Source of the DNA: Deltaproteobacteria bacterium
GTDB taxonomy: Bacteria; Myxococcota_A; UBA9160; UBA6930
Reading direction: 5' to 3'
DNA: 64,000 nt
NCBI GenBank assembly: GCA_016875395.1
Contig: VGRF01000001.1
Span: forward strand, 95,921-159,920
Shown piece after piece: positions 1 through 8,114 of the stretch (position 1 is its first letter; the number at the start of each line of letters is the position of its first letter). Both the position numbers and the translations under genes were made by a program. The notes beneath the pieces were generated by a model, which searched no databases, was not told where the DNA came from, and saw only the letters and a program-made list of their open reading frames with translations.

Positions 1-2658
1 GGCGTGCACCCGTTCGACGAGGTCGCCTGGGAGCTGCGCTCCGCGACGATCGCGAACGAGCGCGGCGAGACGATCTTCGAGCAGCGCGATGTCGAGATTC
101 CCGCGTCGTGGTCGCAGCTCGCGACGAACGTGGTCGTGTCGAAGTATTTCCGTGGCCACATCGGCACGCCCGAGAGCGAGCGCAGCGTGAAGCAGCTGAT
201 CGGCCGCGTCGTGAACAAGATTCACGAGTGGGGCGTGCAGGGCGGCTACTTCGCCACCCCCGAGGACGGCGAGATCTTCAAGGACGAGCTCTCGCATCTG
301 CTCGTGACGCAGAAGATGGCGTTCAACAGCCCGGTCTGGTTCAACCTCGGCGTCGTCGGCACGCCGCAGCAGGCGAGCGCGTGCTTCATCAACTCCGTCG
401 CGGATACGATGGAGTCGATCATGGACCTCGCGAAGACCGAGGCCATGTTGTTCAAGGGCGGCTCGGGCACGGGCTCGAACCTCTCGAAGATTCGCTCCTC
501 GAAGGAGAAGCTCGCGGGCGGCGGCACGGCCTCGGGGCCCGTCTCGTTCATGCGCGGCTTCGACTCGTTCGCCGGCGTCGTGAAGTCCGGCGGCAAGACG
601 CGGCGCGCGGCGAAGATGGTGATCCTCAACGTCGATCACCCGGACATCCGCGAGTTCATCCACAGCAAGGCGGATGAAGAGAAGAAGGCGTGGTCGCTGA
701 TCGACGCCGGCTACGACGGCGGCTTCAACGTGCCCGGCGGTGCCTACGACTCCGTGTTCTTCCAGAATGCGAATCACTCGGTGCGCGTGACCGACGACTT
801 CATGCGCGCCGCGCTCGATGATCGCCAGTGGCAGACGCGCGCCGTAACGACCGGCGAAGTCGTCGACACGTTCAAGGCGAAAGAGCTGCTGAAAGAGATC
901 TCGGAGGCCGCGCACGTCTGCGGCGATCCGGGCATGCAGTACGACACGACGATCAACCGCTGGAATCCGGTCAAGGTCTCGGGCCGCATCAACTCGAGCA
1001 ATCCGTGCTCCGAGTACATGTTCCTCGACGACACGGCCTGCAATCTCGCGAGCCTCAACCTGATGCGCTTCGTCGACGAAGCGGGTCGCTTCGAAGTCGC
1101 AGCGTTCCGGCGCGCAGCGGCGCTCACGATCCTCGCGCAAGAGATTCTGGTCGACTTCGCGGATTACCCGACTCCGCAGATCGCGAAGAACAGCCACCTC
1201 TACCGCCCGCTCGGCCTCGGCTACGCGAACCTCGGCGCGCTGCTGATGAGCCAGGGCCTCCCGTACGACAGCGACGAGGGCCGCAACGTCTCGGCCGCGA
1301 TCACGTCGCTGATGTGCGGCGAGGCGTATCGCATGAGCGCGGAGATTGCGGGCGCGATGGGCCCCTTCCCGCACTACAAGCAGAACCGCGCGCCGTTCCT
1401 CGAAGTGATCGGCATGCACAAGCACGCGGCGGAGTCGGTGCCGTCCTCCGGAGTGCAGACGGATCTCTGGAAGGCCTCGCGCGACGCGTGGTCGCAGGCG
1501 CTCGAGCTGGGCACGAAGCACGGATACAAGAACGGTCAAGTCACGGTGCTCGCGCCCACTGGCACGATCGCATTCATGATGGACTGCGACACGACCGGTG
1601 TAGAGCCGGACATCGCGCTCGTGAAGTACAAGAAGCTGGTCGGCGGCGGCCTACTCAAGATCGTTAACAACACCGTGCCGATGGCGCTGAGCAAGCTCGG
1701 TTACGGCGAGAAGCAGATCAGTGACATCGTCGCCTACATCGACGAGCGCGAGACGATCGAGGGTGCGCCGCACGTGCGCGACGAGAACCTCGCGGTGTTC
1801 GACTGCGCGTTCCGAGCGACCAACGGTAAGCGCTCGATTCACTGGAAGGGTCACATCCGGATGATGGGTGCGGTGCAGCCGTTCCTGTCGGGCGCGATCA
1901 GCAAGACAGTGAATCTGCCCAACGAGGCGACGGCGGACGACCTTCGCGACGCCTATGTCGAGGGCTGGAGGCTCGGGCTGAAGGCGCTCGCGGTCTACCG
2001 CGACGGCAGCAAGCGCACGCAGCCGCTCAACGCCGGCAAGGACGAGGAGAAGAAGAGCAACGTCATCGACCTGCGCGAGCGCCGCGCCGTGCGCGTGAAG
2101 CTGCCCGACACGCGGGACTCGGTGACGCACAAGTTCTCGATCGCGGGCCACGAGGGCTACCTCACCGTCGGCCTCTACGCCGACGGCAAGCCCGGCGAGA
2201 TCTTCCTGCGCATGGCGAAGGAAGGCAGCACGATCTCGGGCCTGATGGACACGATCGCGACCATGACGTCGATCGCGCTCCAGTACGGCGTGCCGCTGAA
2301 GGCGCTGACGGACAAGTTCAGTCACACGCGCTTCGAGCCGGCCGGCTTCACGAACAACCCCGAGATTCCGATGGCGAAGTCAGTCACTGACTACGTCTTC
2401 CGGTACCTCGCGAATCGCTTCCTGCAGGAGGAAGTGATCGCGACCGACGAGCAAGAGACCGAAGCGGAGCCGACCGGGCTCGCGGAGATTCGGCGCGTCG
2501 CGATCGCGGGCGGCTCGGTGGATCGCGCGAAGGGCGAGCGCTCGACCTTCGTGAATCAGGCGGATGCACCTACTTGCACGGAGTGCGGAACCATTACGGT
2601 GCGCAACGGCGCGTGCTATAAGTGTCCTAACTGCGGAGCCACGAGCGGTTGTAGCTGA
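1..2658 (+). CDS. nrdJ: Ribonucleotide reductase, class II (adenosylcobalamin-dependent), 5' end cut by the window edge
   Basis: The frame is open from base 1 (track ORF 4..2658, 884 aa). RNR motifs seen: FNSPVWFNLG, ASACFINSV, SNPCSEYMFLDDTACNLASLNL, APTGTIAFMMDCDTTGVEPD. Cys-rich C-terminal tail CTECG..CYKCPNCG. No small-subunit gene is adjacent. Confidence 0.9.
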   Translation, partial: GVHPFDEVAWELRSATIANERGETIFEQRDVEIPASWSQLATNVVVSKYFRGHIGTPESERSVKQLIGRVVNKIHEWGVQGGYFATPEDGEIFKDELSHLLVTQKMAFNSPVWFNLGVVGTPQQASACFINSVADTMESIMDLAKTEAMLFKGGSGTGSNLSKIRSSKEKLAGGGTASGPVSFMRGFDSFAGVVKSGGKTRRAAKMVILNVDHPDIREFIHSKADEEKKAWSLIDAGYDGGFNVPGGAYDSVFFQNANHSVRVTDDFMRAALDDRQWQTRAVTTGEVVDTFKAKELLKEISEAAHVCGDPGMQYDTTINRWNPVKVSGRINSSNPCSEYMFLDDTACNLASLNLMRFVDEAGRFEVAAFRRAAALTILAQEILVDFADYPTPQIAKNSHLYRPLGLGYANLGALLMSQGLPYDSDEGRNVSAAITSLMCGEAYRMSAEIAGAMGPFPHYKQNRAPFLEVIGMHKHAAESVPSSGVQTDLWKASRDAWSQALELGTKHGYKNGQVTVLAPTGTIAFMMDCDTTGVEPDIALVKYKKLVGGGLLKIVNNTVPMALSKLGYGEKQISDIVAYIDERETIEGAPHVRDENLAVFDCAFRATNGKRSIHWKGHIRMMGAVQPFLSGAISKTVNLPNEATADDLRDAYVEGWRLGLKALAVYRDGSKRTQPLNAGKDEEKKSNVIDLRERRAVRVKLPDTRDSVTHKFSIAGHEGYLTVGLYADGKPGEIFLRMAKEGSTISGLMDTIATMTSIALQYGVPLKALTDKFSHTRFEPAGFTNNPEIPMAKSVTDYVFRYLANRFLQEEVIATDEQETEAEPTGLAEIRRVAIAGGSVDRAKGERSTFVNQADAPTCTECGTITVRNGACYKCPNCGATSGCS

Positions 2659-2679
2659 TGACGCAGTGGCTTTGATCTA

Positions 2680-3780
2680 GTGGCGCCTCGAGCTGGGGGG
2701 GTGAGAGGCGTCGCGAAGCGCGGAGTCAGGTCGAGGGGCCTGGCTCCGCGCTTCTACTTCGGGCTCGCGTCTCGTGCGCTGCTGTTGTCAGGCATCGCGC
2801 TTGCCTCGCTGGCGTGCATCGACGTGAGCATCCCGCTCTTCGCGAGCGGCGGCGCCCTCGAAGAGCGCGTGCTCGACGGAGAGCGCGGGCCGAAGATTCT
2901 GCTCGTCGACGTGAGCGGGCCGCTCGGCCTGCGCTCCACGAGCGGGTTGTTGGGTCTGTCGCAGAGCGAGAGCGCGGTGTCGCGCCTGCGCGAAGAGCTC
3001 GAGCGCGCCGAGCGCGACGACGAAATCGCGGCGCTCGTCCTGCGCATCGACAGCCCCGGCGGCACCGTGATCGCGAGCGAGATCCTCTACCGCGAGCTGA
3101 TGCGCCACAAGCGCGCGACCGGAAGGCCCGTGGTCGCGCAGTTGATGGGGATCGCGGCGTCGGGCGGGTACTACGTTGCGATGAGCGCGGACCGCGTGCA
3201 GGCGTATCCGTCGACGATCACCGGCTCGATCGGCGTGATCATGCTCGGCTTCAACGCGAGCGGCCTGATGGAGAAGGTCGGCGTGGACTACCAGACCTTC
3301 ACGACGGGCTCGTTCAAGGACGCCGGCTCGCCATTTCGCCCGATGAGCGACGCCGAGCGCGCTCAGATCCAGAGCGTGGTGACGGACCTGTTCGCGAGCT
3401 TCCTCGAGGTCGTCGAGAAGGGACGCCCTGCGCTTTCGCGCGCGGGCGTCGAGCAGCTCGCCGACGGCCGCATCTTCTCCGGCAAGCAAGCCCTGGGCGC
3501 CGGGCTCATCGACTCGCTCGGAGACCTCGAGAGCGCGATCGAGGCGGCCAAGACCGCAGCGCGGGTGGATGGGGACGCGCGCGTCGTGATCTACCGCCGG
3601 CGGGGCGAGCGCGCGGAGAATCTCTTCTCGGTGCAGGCGCCAGTCACCGGCGACGGCGCCGCGGCTCAGCTGCGCGGCGCGCTGGCAGAGTCGAGCTTTC
3701 TCTACTGGTGGCCCGGCGCCGCGAACGGCGCCCTCGTGCAGGGCGCGCTCGGCGCAACGGGCGCCTCGCCGGCGCCGTAA
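2680..3780 (+). CDS. sppA: Signal peptide peptidase SppA (S49 family, 36K type)
   Basis: Motifs IDSPGGTVIASE and MGIAASGGYYVAMSADRVQAYPSTITGSIGV, plus an N-terminal hydrophobic anchor. The GTG start at 2680 is uncertain. Confidence 0.85.
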   Translation: MAPRAGGVRGVAKRGVRSRGLAPRFYFGLASRALLLSGIALASLACIDVSIPLFASGGALEERVLDGERGPKILLVDVSGPLGLRSTSGLLGLSQSESAVSRLREELERAERDDEIAALVLRIDSPGGTVIASEILYRELMRHKRATGRPVVAQLMGIAASGGYYVAMSADRVQAYPSTITGSIGVIMLGFNASGLMEKVGVDYQTFTTGSFKDAGSPFRPMSDAERAQIQSVVTDLFASFLEVVEKGRPALSRAGVEQLADGRIFSGKQALGAGLIDSLGDLESAIEAAKTAARVDGDARVVIYRRRGERAENLFSVQAPVTGDGAAAQLRGALAESSFLYWWPGAANGALVQGALGATGASPAP

Positions 3781-3869
3781 CAACTACGCCGGCTTGCGCC
3801 CGCGCACGCCGGTCGCGCAGCGCGTTCTGTCGCGGGCGCCCCGCGCCCGTCAACGGGCTGCGCGCGCGA

Positions 3870-4259
3870 TCAGTAGACCCAGCGCCCGCCCTGGAAGCGG
3901 AAGATCTCGGTCACCGCGGTGGTCGCGACGACCTTGCAGTCCGAGCCGCCGCCCGCGGCGCACTGGTGCTCCTGGTAGCGGAGCAGCCCCACGTAGGGAG
4001 CGGCTGCGCTGCCGGTCGGCTTCAGCTCGATCTTGAAGTCGTCGCCGTAGCCGCGGTACGCGCCGCCCGAGGCCTGCTTCTTCTCGTGCGCCTCGGCGGC
4101 CGCCATCTTCTTCATCCAGTCGCTCGCGAAGCTCTGAAAAGCGGCCTCCGCGTTCGCCGCGCCCGGATCACTCGGCGCGATCTTGGCCGGCTCGCCGGCG
4201 AACGCCGCAGCGGACCACGCGAACACGCCCAACATCAGTAGTCGACCCACGCTCTTCAT
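3870..4259 (-). CDS. Hypothetical small secreted protein (129 aa)
   Basis: An internal ATG at 4259 yields MKSVGRLLMLGVFAWSAAAFA, which looks like a signal peptide. The 63 upstream codons of the track ORF are Arg-rich read-through. No family recognised. A Pho-box-like site lies in the divergent promoter region. Confidence 0.5.
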   Translation of the reverse strand: MKSVGRLLMLGVFAWSAAAFAGEPAKIAPSDPGAANAEAAFQSFASDWMKKMAAAEAHEKKQASGGAYRGYGDDFKIELKPTGSAAAPYVGLLRYQEHQCAAGGGSDCKVVATTAVTEIFRFQGGRWVY

Positions 4260-4367
4260 CGCTCGCCTCCGTTTCCGGCTCGCTGCGGTGAGCGGCCGCA
4301 CCATCCGTTTCGGCGGCGGCGAGAGCGCGCGTGTGACCGATCGCACACGCGCGTGGCGACACATCTC

Positions 4368-4385
4368 CGTGACGCGAACGTGAAG
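4368..4385 (-). promoter_or_regulatory. Pho-box-like 7-4-7 direct repeat (minus strand reads CTTCACG-TTCG-CGTCACG)
   Basis: Two 7-nt repeats with 11-bp periodicity in the phoB/secreted-protein divergent region. The half-site (C/T)GTCAC(A/G/C) also occurs at 6641 and 8028. Confidence 0.35.
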
Positions 4386-4446
4386 GTCCGAGGAAGCTGC
4401 GCGGCGACGCCTGCTCAGCGCGCTCGGCTGCCGATAGATTGCGCGC

Positions 4447-5127
4447 ATGCCGAGTACGATTCTGGTCGTCGAAGACGAGCCCGATCTGGCCGAGCTCGTG
4501 CGCTTCCACCTGAGTCAGGCGGGCTTCGCGGTCGAAGTTGCACATTCAGGGAGTGCTGGGCTGACTTCGATCCGCCGCGCGCGGCCCGCACTCGTCGTGC
4601 TCGACCTGATGCTCCCAGACTTGTCAGGCACCGAGGTCTGTCGCGAGGTGCGCGGCGATCCCAAGCTGCGCGACCTCCCCATCCTGATGCTGACTGCGCG
4701 TGCCGACGAGGTGGACCGTGTGGTCGGCTTCGAGCTCGGCGCGGACGATTACGTGACGAAGCCGTTCAGCCCGCGCGAGCTCGTGCTGCGCGTGCGCGCC
4801 ATTCTGCGCCGCGCCGAAGGCGAGGCGGAGCCTGCCGCGGTGCTCCGCCGCGGCGCACTGCAGCTCGATGCCGAGCGGCATCGCTGTACGGTCGACGGCG
4901 CCGCCGTCGATCTCACGGCGAAAGAGTTCCGCCTGCTCGAAGTGCTGATGTCGCGGCCGGGCCACGTGATGACGCGCCAGCGCCTGCTCGACGACGTCTG
5001 GGGCTCCGACATCACCGTCACCGAGCGCACGATCGACACGCACCTGAAGCGCCTGCGCGAGAAGCTCGGCGGCGCGGGCGACTTGATCGAGACCGTGCGC
5101 GGCGTCGGATACCGTCTCGCGGACTAG
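4447..5127 (+). CDS. phoB: OmpR-family response regulator, PhoB-like
   Basis: Receiver domain (VVEDEPDL, DLMLPDLSG, KPF) plus a winged-helix C-terminus ending GVGYRLAD. The phoB assignment comes from context: phoR and pstSCAB-phoU lie downstream. Confidence 0.88.
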   Translation: MPSTILVVEDEPDLAELVRFHLSQAGFAVEVAHSGSAGLTSIRRARPALVVLDLMLPDLSGTEVCREVRGDPKLRDLPILMLTARADEVDRVVGFELGADDYVTKPFSPRELVLRVRAILRRAEGEAEPAAVLRRGALQLDAERHRCTVDGAAVDLTAKEFRLLEVLMSRPGHVMTRQRLLDDVWGSDITVTERTIDTHLKRLREKLGGAGDLIETVRGVGYRLAD

Positions 5128-5287
5128 AACCCATCTCAGAATTCCGGACCGAGCCCGGCGCGCGGACTTGGCCGGCTGGCGAGGCGCGCGAGCGAAGGCG
5201 TATCCGTGGATACTTCGAGCGAAGCGCAACGAAGCCAGACGGACAAAGACGCGCGCCAGGCGACGGGAGGAATTCTGAGATGGGTTC
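5127..5287. repeat. R1 copy A: 161-bp palindromic MITE-like element with 19-bp perfect terminal inverted repeats
   Basis: Arms GAACCCATCTCAGAATTCC and GGAATTCTGAGATGGGTTC. Central palindrome GTATCC-GT-GGATAC at 5200-5213. TA on both flanks. A second copy sits at 54768-54973. Confidence 0.85.
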
Positions 5288-5303
5288 TAAGGGCGGGTTC
5301 CGC

Positions 5304-6620
5304 ATGCGCGCGCGATTCATCGCGGGAGTCGTGGCGATCGCGTTCGCTGCATGGCTTGCGGGCGAGGCGGCGCACGGCCTCGCGGCGCCGCTGCGGGCGC
5401 TCGTGGTGTTAGGGGCCGCGCTCGGGCTCGGCGCGCTGCTCGTGCACGCCCACGTTCGCCGCCTCGAAGAAGTGCGCGGCGCGCTCGACGCAGTGCTTGC
5501 GGGCGCACCGCGCGCGCGCATCGAGCGCTCGAGCAGCGGCGCGATCGGCGCGCTCTCGCGCGCGGTGGATGCGGTGGGCGCCGCGCTGCGCGTGCGTGAC
5601 GCATCGGCCGCAGCAGCGCGCGAACGCCTCGAAGCCGTGCTCGACGCGATGGTTGAGGGCGTGCTCGTGCTCGGCCCCGACGGCCGCGTGCAGCTCGCCA
5701 ACGCGCGCCTGCGCGAGCTGTTCAGCGTGTGGGGCGAAGTCGCGGGCCGCACGCCGCTCGAAGTGATCCGCCGCGCGGACGTGGACGAGCTGTTAGGGCT
5801 CGCGGGGCGAACGAGTGAGCCCGTCGCGCTCGACCTCGCGCTCGGCGACGACGGCTCGCTCGAAGTCCACGCGCGCCGCTTCCCCGCGCAGGGAGAGAGG
5901 CAAGGCGTCGTCGCCGTCTTTCACGACGTGAGCGAGATCCGGCGGCTCGAGAGCCACCGCCGCGAGTTCGTGGCGAACGTTTCGCACGAGCTGCGCACGC
6001 CGCTCACCGCGATTCAAGGCTATGCGGAGACGCTCGCTGCGAACGACCTCGAGCCCGAGCGGCGCAAGCAGTACGTCGAGACGATCACGCGCAACGCCGA
6101 GCGGCTGCGCGCGCTGATCGAGGATCTGCTCGAGCTCGCGCGCGTGGAAGGCGGGAAGCGCACGCTCGCGCCGGAGGCGATCGATGCCAGCGCGTTCATC
6201 GCCGCGCTGCTGCGCGAGCTGCGCCCGCGGCTCGAGGCGCGGAGGCTTGCGGCTTCCTGCGTGGGCGCCGCTCAGGTGCTCGCCGATCGCCGCGCACTCG
6301 AGCAGATCGTGCAGAACCTGCTCGACAACGCGGTCAAGTACACGGAGCCCGGCGGCCGCATCGAGGTGCGCCTTTCGCGCGATGGCGCGCGCGCGCGCAT
6401 CGAGGTCGCGGACACGGGCATCGGCATTCCCGAGCGCGACCGCGCGCGCGTCTTCGAGCGCTTCTACCGCGTCGACAAGGCGCGCTCGCGCGATCTCGGC
6501 GGCACCGGCCTCGGGCTCTCGATCGTGAAGCACCTCGCCCAAGCGATGGACGGCGACATCTTCGTCACCTCCGCCGAAGGCCAAGGCTCCACGTTCACGG
6601 TGACGTTGCCCGCGGCTTGA
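5304..6620 (+). CDS. phoR: Phosphate-regulon sensor histidine kinase, PhoR-like
   Basis: Two N-terminal TM helices, a PAS-like segment, H-box FVANVSHELRTPLTAIQGY, and ATPase boxes (NLLDNAVKYT, DTGIGIP, GGTGLGLSIVKH). The start is ATG 5304, or ATG 5280 inside the R1 right arm. The 755-aa track ORF is an artefact of upstream read-through. Confidence 0.88.
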   Translation: MRARFIAGVVAIAFAAWLAGEAAHGLAAPLRALVVLGAALGLGALLVHAHVRRLEEVRGALDAVLAGAPRARIERSSSGAIGALSRAVDAVGAALRVRDASAAAARERLEAVLDAMVEGVLVLGPDGRVQLANARLRELFSVWGEVAGRTPLEVIRRADVDELLGLAGRTSEPVALDLALGDDGSLEVHARRFPAQGERQGVVAVFHDVSEIRRLESHRREFVANVSHELRTPLTAIQGYAETLAANDLEPERRKQYVETITRNAERLRALIEDLLELARVEGGKRTLAPEAIDASAFIAALLRELRPRLEARRLAASCVGAAQVLADRRALEQIVQNLLDNAVKYTEPGGRIEVRLSRDGARARIEVADTGIGIPERDRARVFERFYRVDKARSRDLGGTGLGLSIVKHLAQAMDGDIFVTSAEGQGSTFTVTLPAA

Positions 6621-6640
6621 CGGCGCGCGGACCGCCGCGA

Positions 6641-6658
6641 TGTCACGAACTCGTCACA
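6641..6658 (+). promoter_or_regulatory. Pho-box-like 7-4-7 direct repeat TGTCACG-AACT-CGTCACA upstream of the porin gene
   Basis: Read directly from the sequence. A -10-like TATGGT at 6690-6695 has no good -35, as expected for an activator-dependent promoter, although the spacing to the box is longer than in E. coli. Confidence 0.45.
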
Positions 6659-6736
6659 CGCTCGCCTCCGTGTGGCGCTTCTCGCTCCTTATGGTGCGCT
6701 CGAGCTCACCGAGCGTTCACACAAGGAGCAAACTCC

Positions 6737-8005
6737 GTGAAGAAGTCCGTCCGCTGGATTCTGTTCGCATGCGCCGCATGGTTCGCTGCGACGCCCGCTC
6801 TCGCCGCCGACGACGCGGTGATCGCCGAGGTGCTCGCGATCTTGAAGGAGCGCGGCATCGTCGACGACGCAAAGCACGCAGAGCTCGTCGCGAAGAACAA
6901 AGAGTACGAAGCGAAGCAGTCGTCGCTGCTGAGCCGCGTGATCTGGACCGGCGACTTCCGCGCGCGCCTCGAGAACTATTGGTTCGACGAAGACGCGCTC
7001 GGCGGCGAAGACGACAACCGCCACCGCGCGCGCTACCGGCTGCGCCTCGGTGCGGCGGTTCCCGTGAACGAGTGGCTGACCGCGGGCTTCCGACTCGCGT
7101 CCGGCGAGACCGAGAACCGCAGCACGAACCGCACGCTCGGCGCGGGCGACGACTTCGATCGCGACACGTTCTCGCTCGACGAGGCGTACGTGCAGCTGAA
7201 GCTGCCGATCGACGTGGGCAGCACCACGGTCGTGTTCGGCAAGCAGAGCAACCCGTTCGTCTGGAAGAACGGCAAGGACTACATGACTTGGGACAACGAC
7301 TACAGCCCCGAGGGCTTGTCGCTGCGCTGGACGATGCAGCCCTCGTCCTCCGTGAATCTGTTCGGCAATGCCGGCTACTTCATCATCGACGAGAACGGCA
7401 GCGCGAAGGACCCGCACTTCTTCGGGCTCCAAGGCGGCGCACACGTGCAAGCCGCGGAAAAGGTCGCAGTGGGCGGCCGCGCGACGTGGTTCAGCTACGG
7501 CTCGCTCAACACCGCGTTCTTCACGCGCCACAACGCCTTCGGCAACGTCGGCCTCTCCGACAACTCCGACGGCAGCATCAGCCAGCTCGAGCTGAGCGCC
7601 TACGCGAAGTCGACGCACGTGGCCGAGTGGCCCGTGCTGCTCCACGCGCACTTCACGAAGAACCTCGACGCGGTCTCGCTGCCCGGCGAGGGCAAGCAGG
7701 ACACGGGCTGGGGCGTCGCGCTCGAAGTGGGCGACGCGAAGCAGCTCGCGCTGCTCGGCGTCGGCTACTACGCGCTCGAGGCCGACTTCTCGCCCGCGCT
7801 CTACACCGACAGCGACCTCACGGACGGCTTCACGAACCGCGAGGGCTGGGCGTTCTACGCGACGCGCCAAGTGCTCTCGAACACCGAGCTCACGCTCGAG
7901 CTGTTCATGTCGGACGCGCTCGAGAAGTCCTCGCCGCTGTTCAACACCTCGATCGCCGACAGCGAGCGCTTCCGCTTGCGCACCGACGTGGTGGTGAAGT
8001 TCTGA
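6737..8005 (+). CDS. Putative outer-membrane beta-barrel porin, probably phosphate-regulated
   Basis: GTG start at 6737 preceded by AAGGAG. Signal peptide VKKSVRWILFACAAWFAATPALA, a short coiled-coil, then alternating beta-strand pattern. C-terminus ...RLRTDVVVKF (terminal Phe is typical of OMPs). Located between phoR and pstS. Confidence 0.6.
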   Translation: MKKSVRWILFACAAWFAATPALAADDAVIAEVLAILKERGIVDDAKHAELVAKNKEYEAKQSSLLSRVIWTGDFRARLENYWFDEDALGGEDDNRHRARYRLRLGAAVPVNEWLTAGFRLASGETENRSTNRTLGAGDDFDRDTFSLDEAYVQLKLPIDVGSTTVVFGKQSNPFVWKNGKDYMTWDNDYSPEGLSLRWTMQPSSSVNLFGNAGYFIIDENGSAKDPHFFGLQGGAHVQAAEKVAVGGRATWFSYGSLNTAFFTRHNAFGNVGLSDNSDGSISQLELSAYAKSTHVAEWPVLLHAHFTKNLDAVSLPGEGKQDTGWGVALEVGDAKQLALLGVGYYALEADFSPALYTDSDLTDGFTNREGWAFYATRQVLSNTELTLELFMSDALEKSSPLFNTSIADSERFRLRTDVVVKF

Positions 8006-8027
8006 GCGGCGCGTCTCGCTCGGCGTT

Positions 8028-8045
8028 CGTCACAGAAACGTCACC
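8028..8045 (+). promoter_or_regulatory. Pho-box-like 7-4-7 direct repeat CGTCACA-GAAA-CGTCACC upstream of pstS
   Basis: A third CGTCACA at 8083-8089 is in phase (55 bp = 5 x 11). TAGGGT at 8077-8082 is -10-like. Confidence 0.5.
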
Positions 8046-8114
8046 AAGCGCCCATCGCCCCGCCGCGCCGCGTGCGTAGGGTCGTCACACACAATGAAAC
8101 AGAGGAAACACGAG

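Noticed and set aside
4435-4440. TAGATT 6 nt upstream of the phoB ATG as a -10 for a leaderless phoB mRNA.
   Set aside because: There is no convincing -35 (TGCTCA), and a single hexamer match is insufficient to call.
5127-5287. R1 as an autonomous IS or a prophage/integron fragment.
   Set aside because: It has no internal ORF of coding quality, and no transposase or integrase gene occurs anywhere in the window. It is best described as a non-autonomous palindromic element.
4353-6620. The 755-aa track ORF taken as a giant PhoR.
   Set aside because: Its first roughly 310 codons are an alternative frame across phoB plus read-through of the R1 repeat. Recognisable PhoR sequence starts at 5280/5304.
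6686-6699. An identical 14-mer TCCTTATGGTGCGC at 6686-6699 (porin promoter region) and 18934-18947 (ferredoxin promoter region) as a shared regulatory element.
   Set aside because: A single 14-nt identity between two sites in 64 kb (both strands) is within chance expectation. I retained it only as a -10-like TATGGT in each promoter call.
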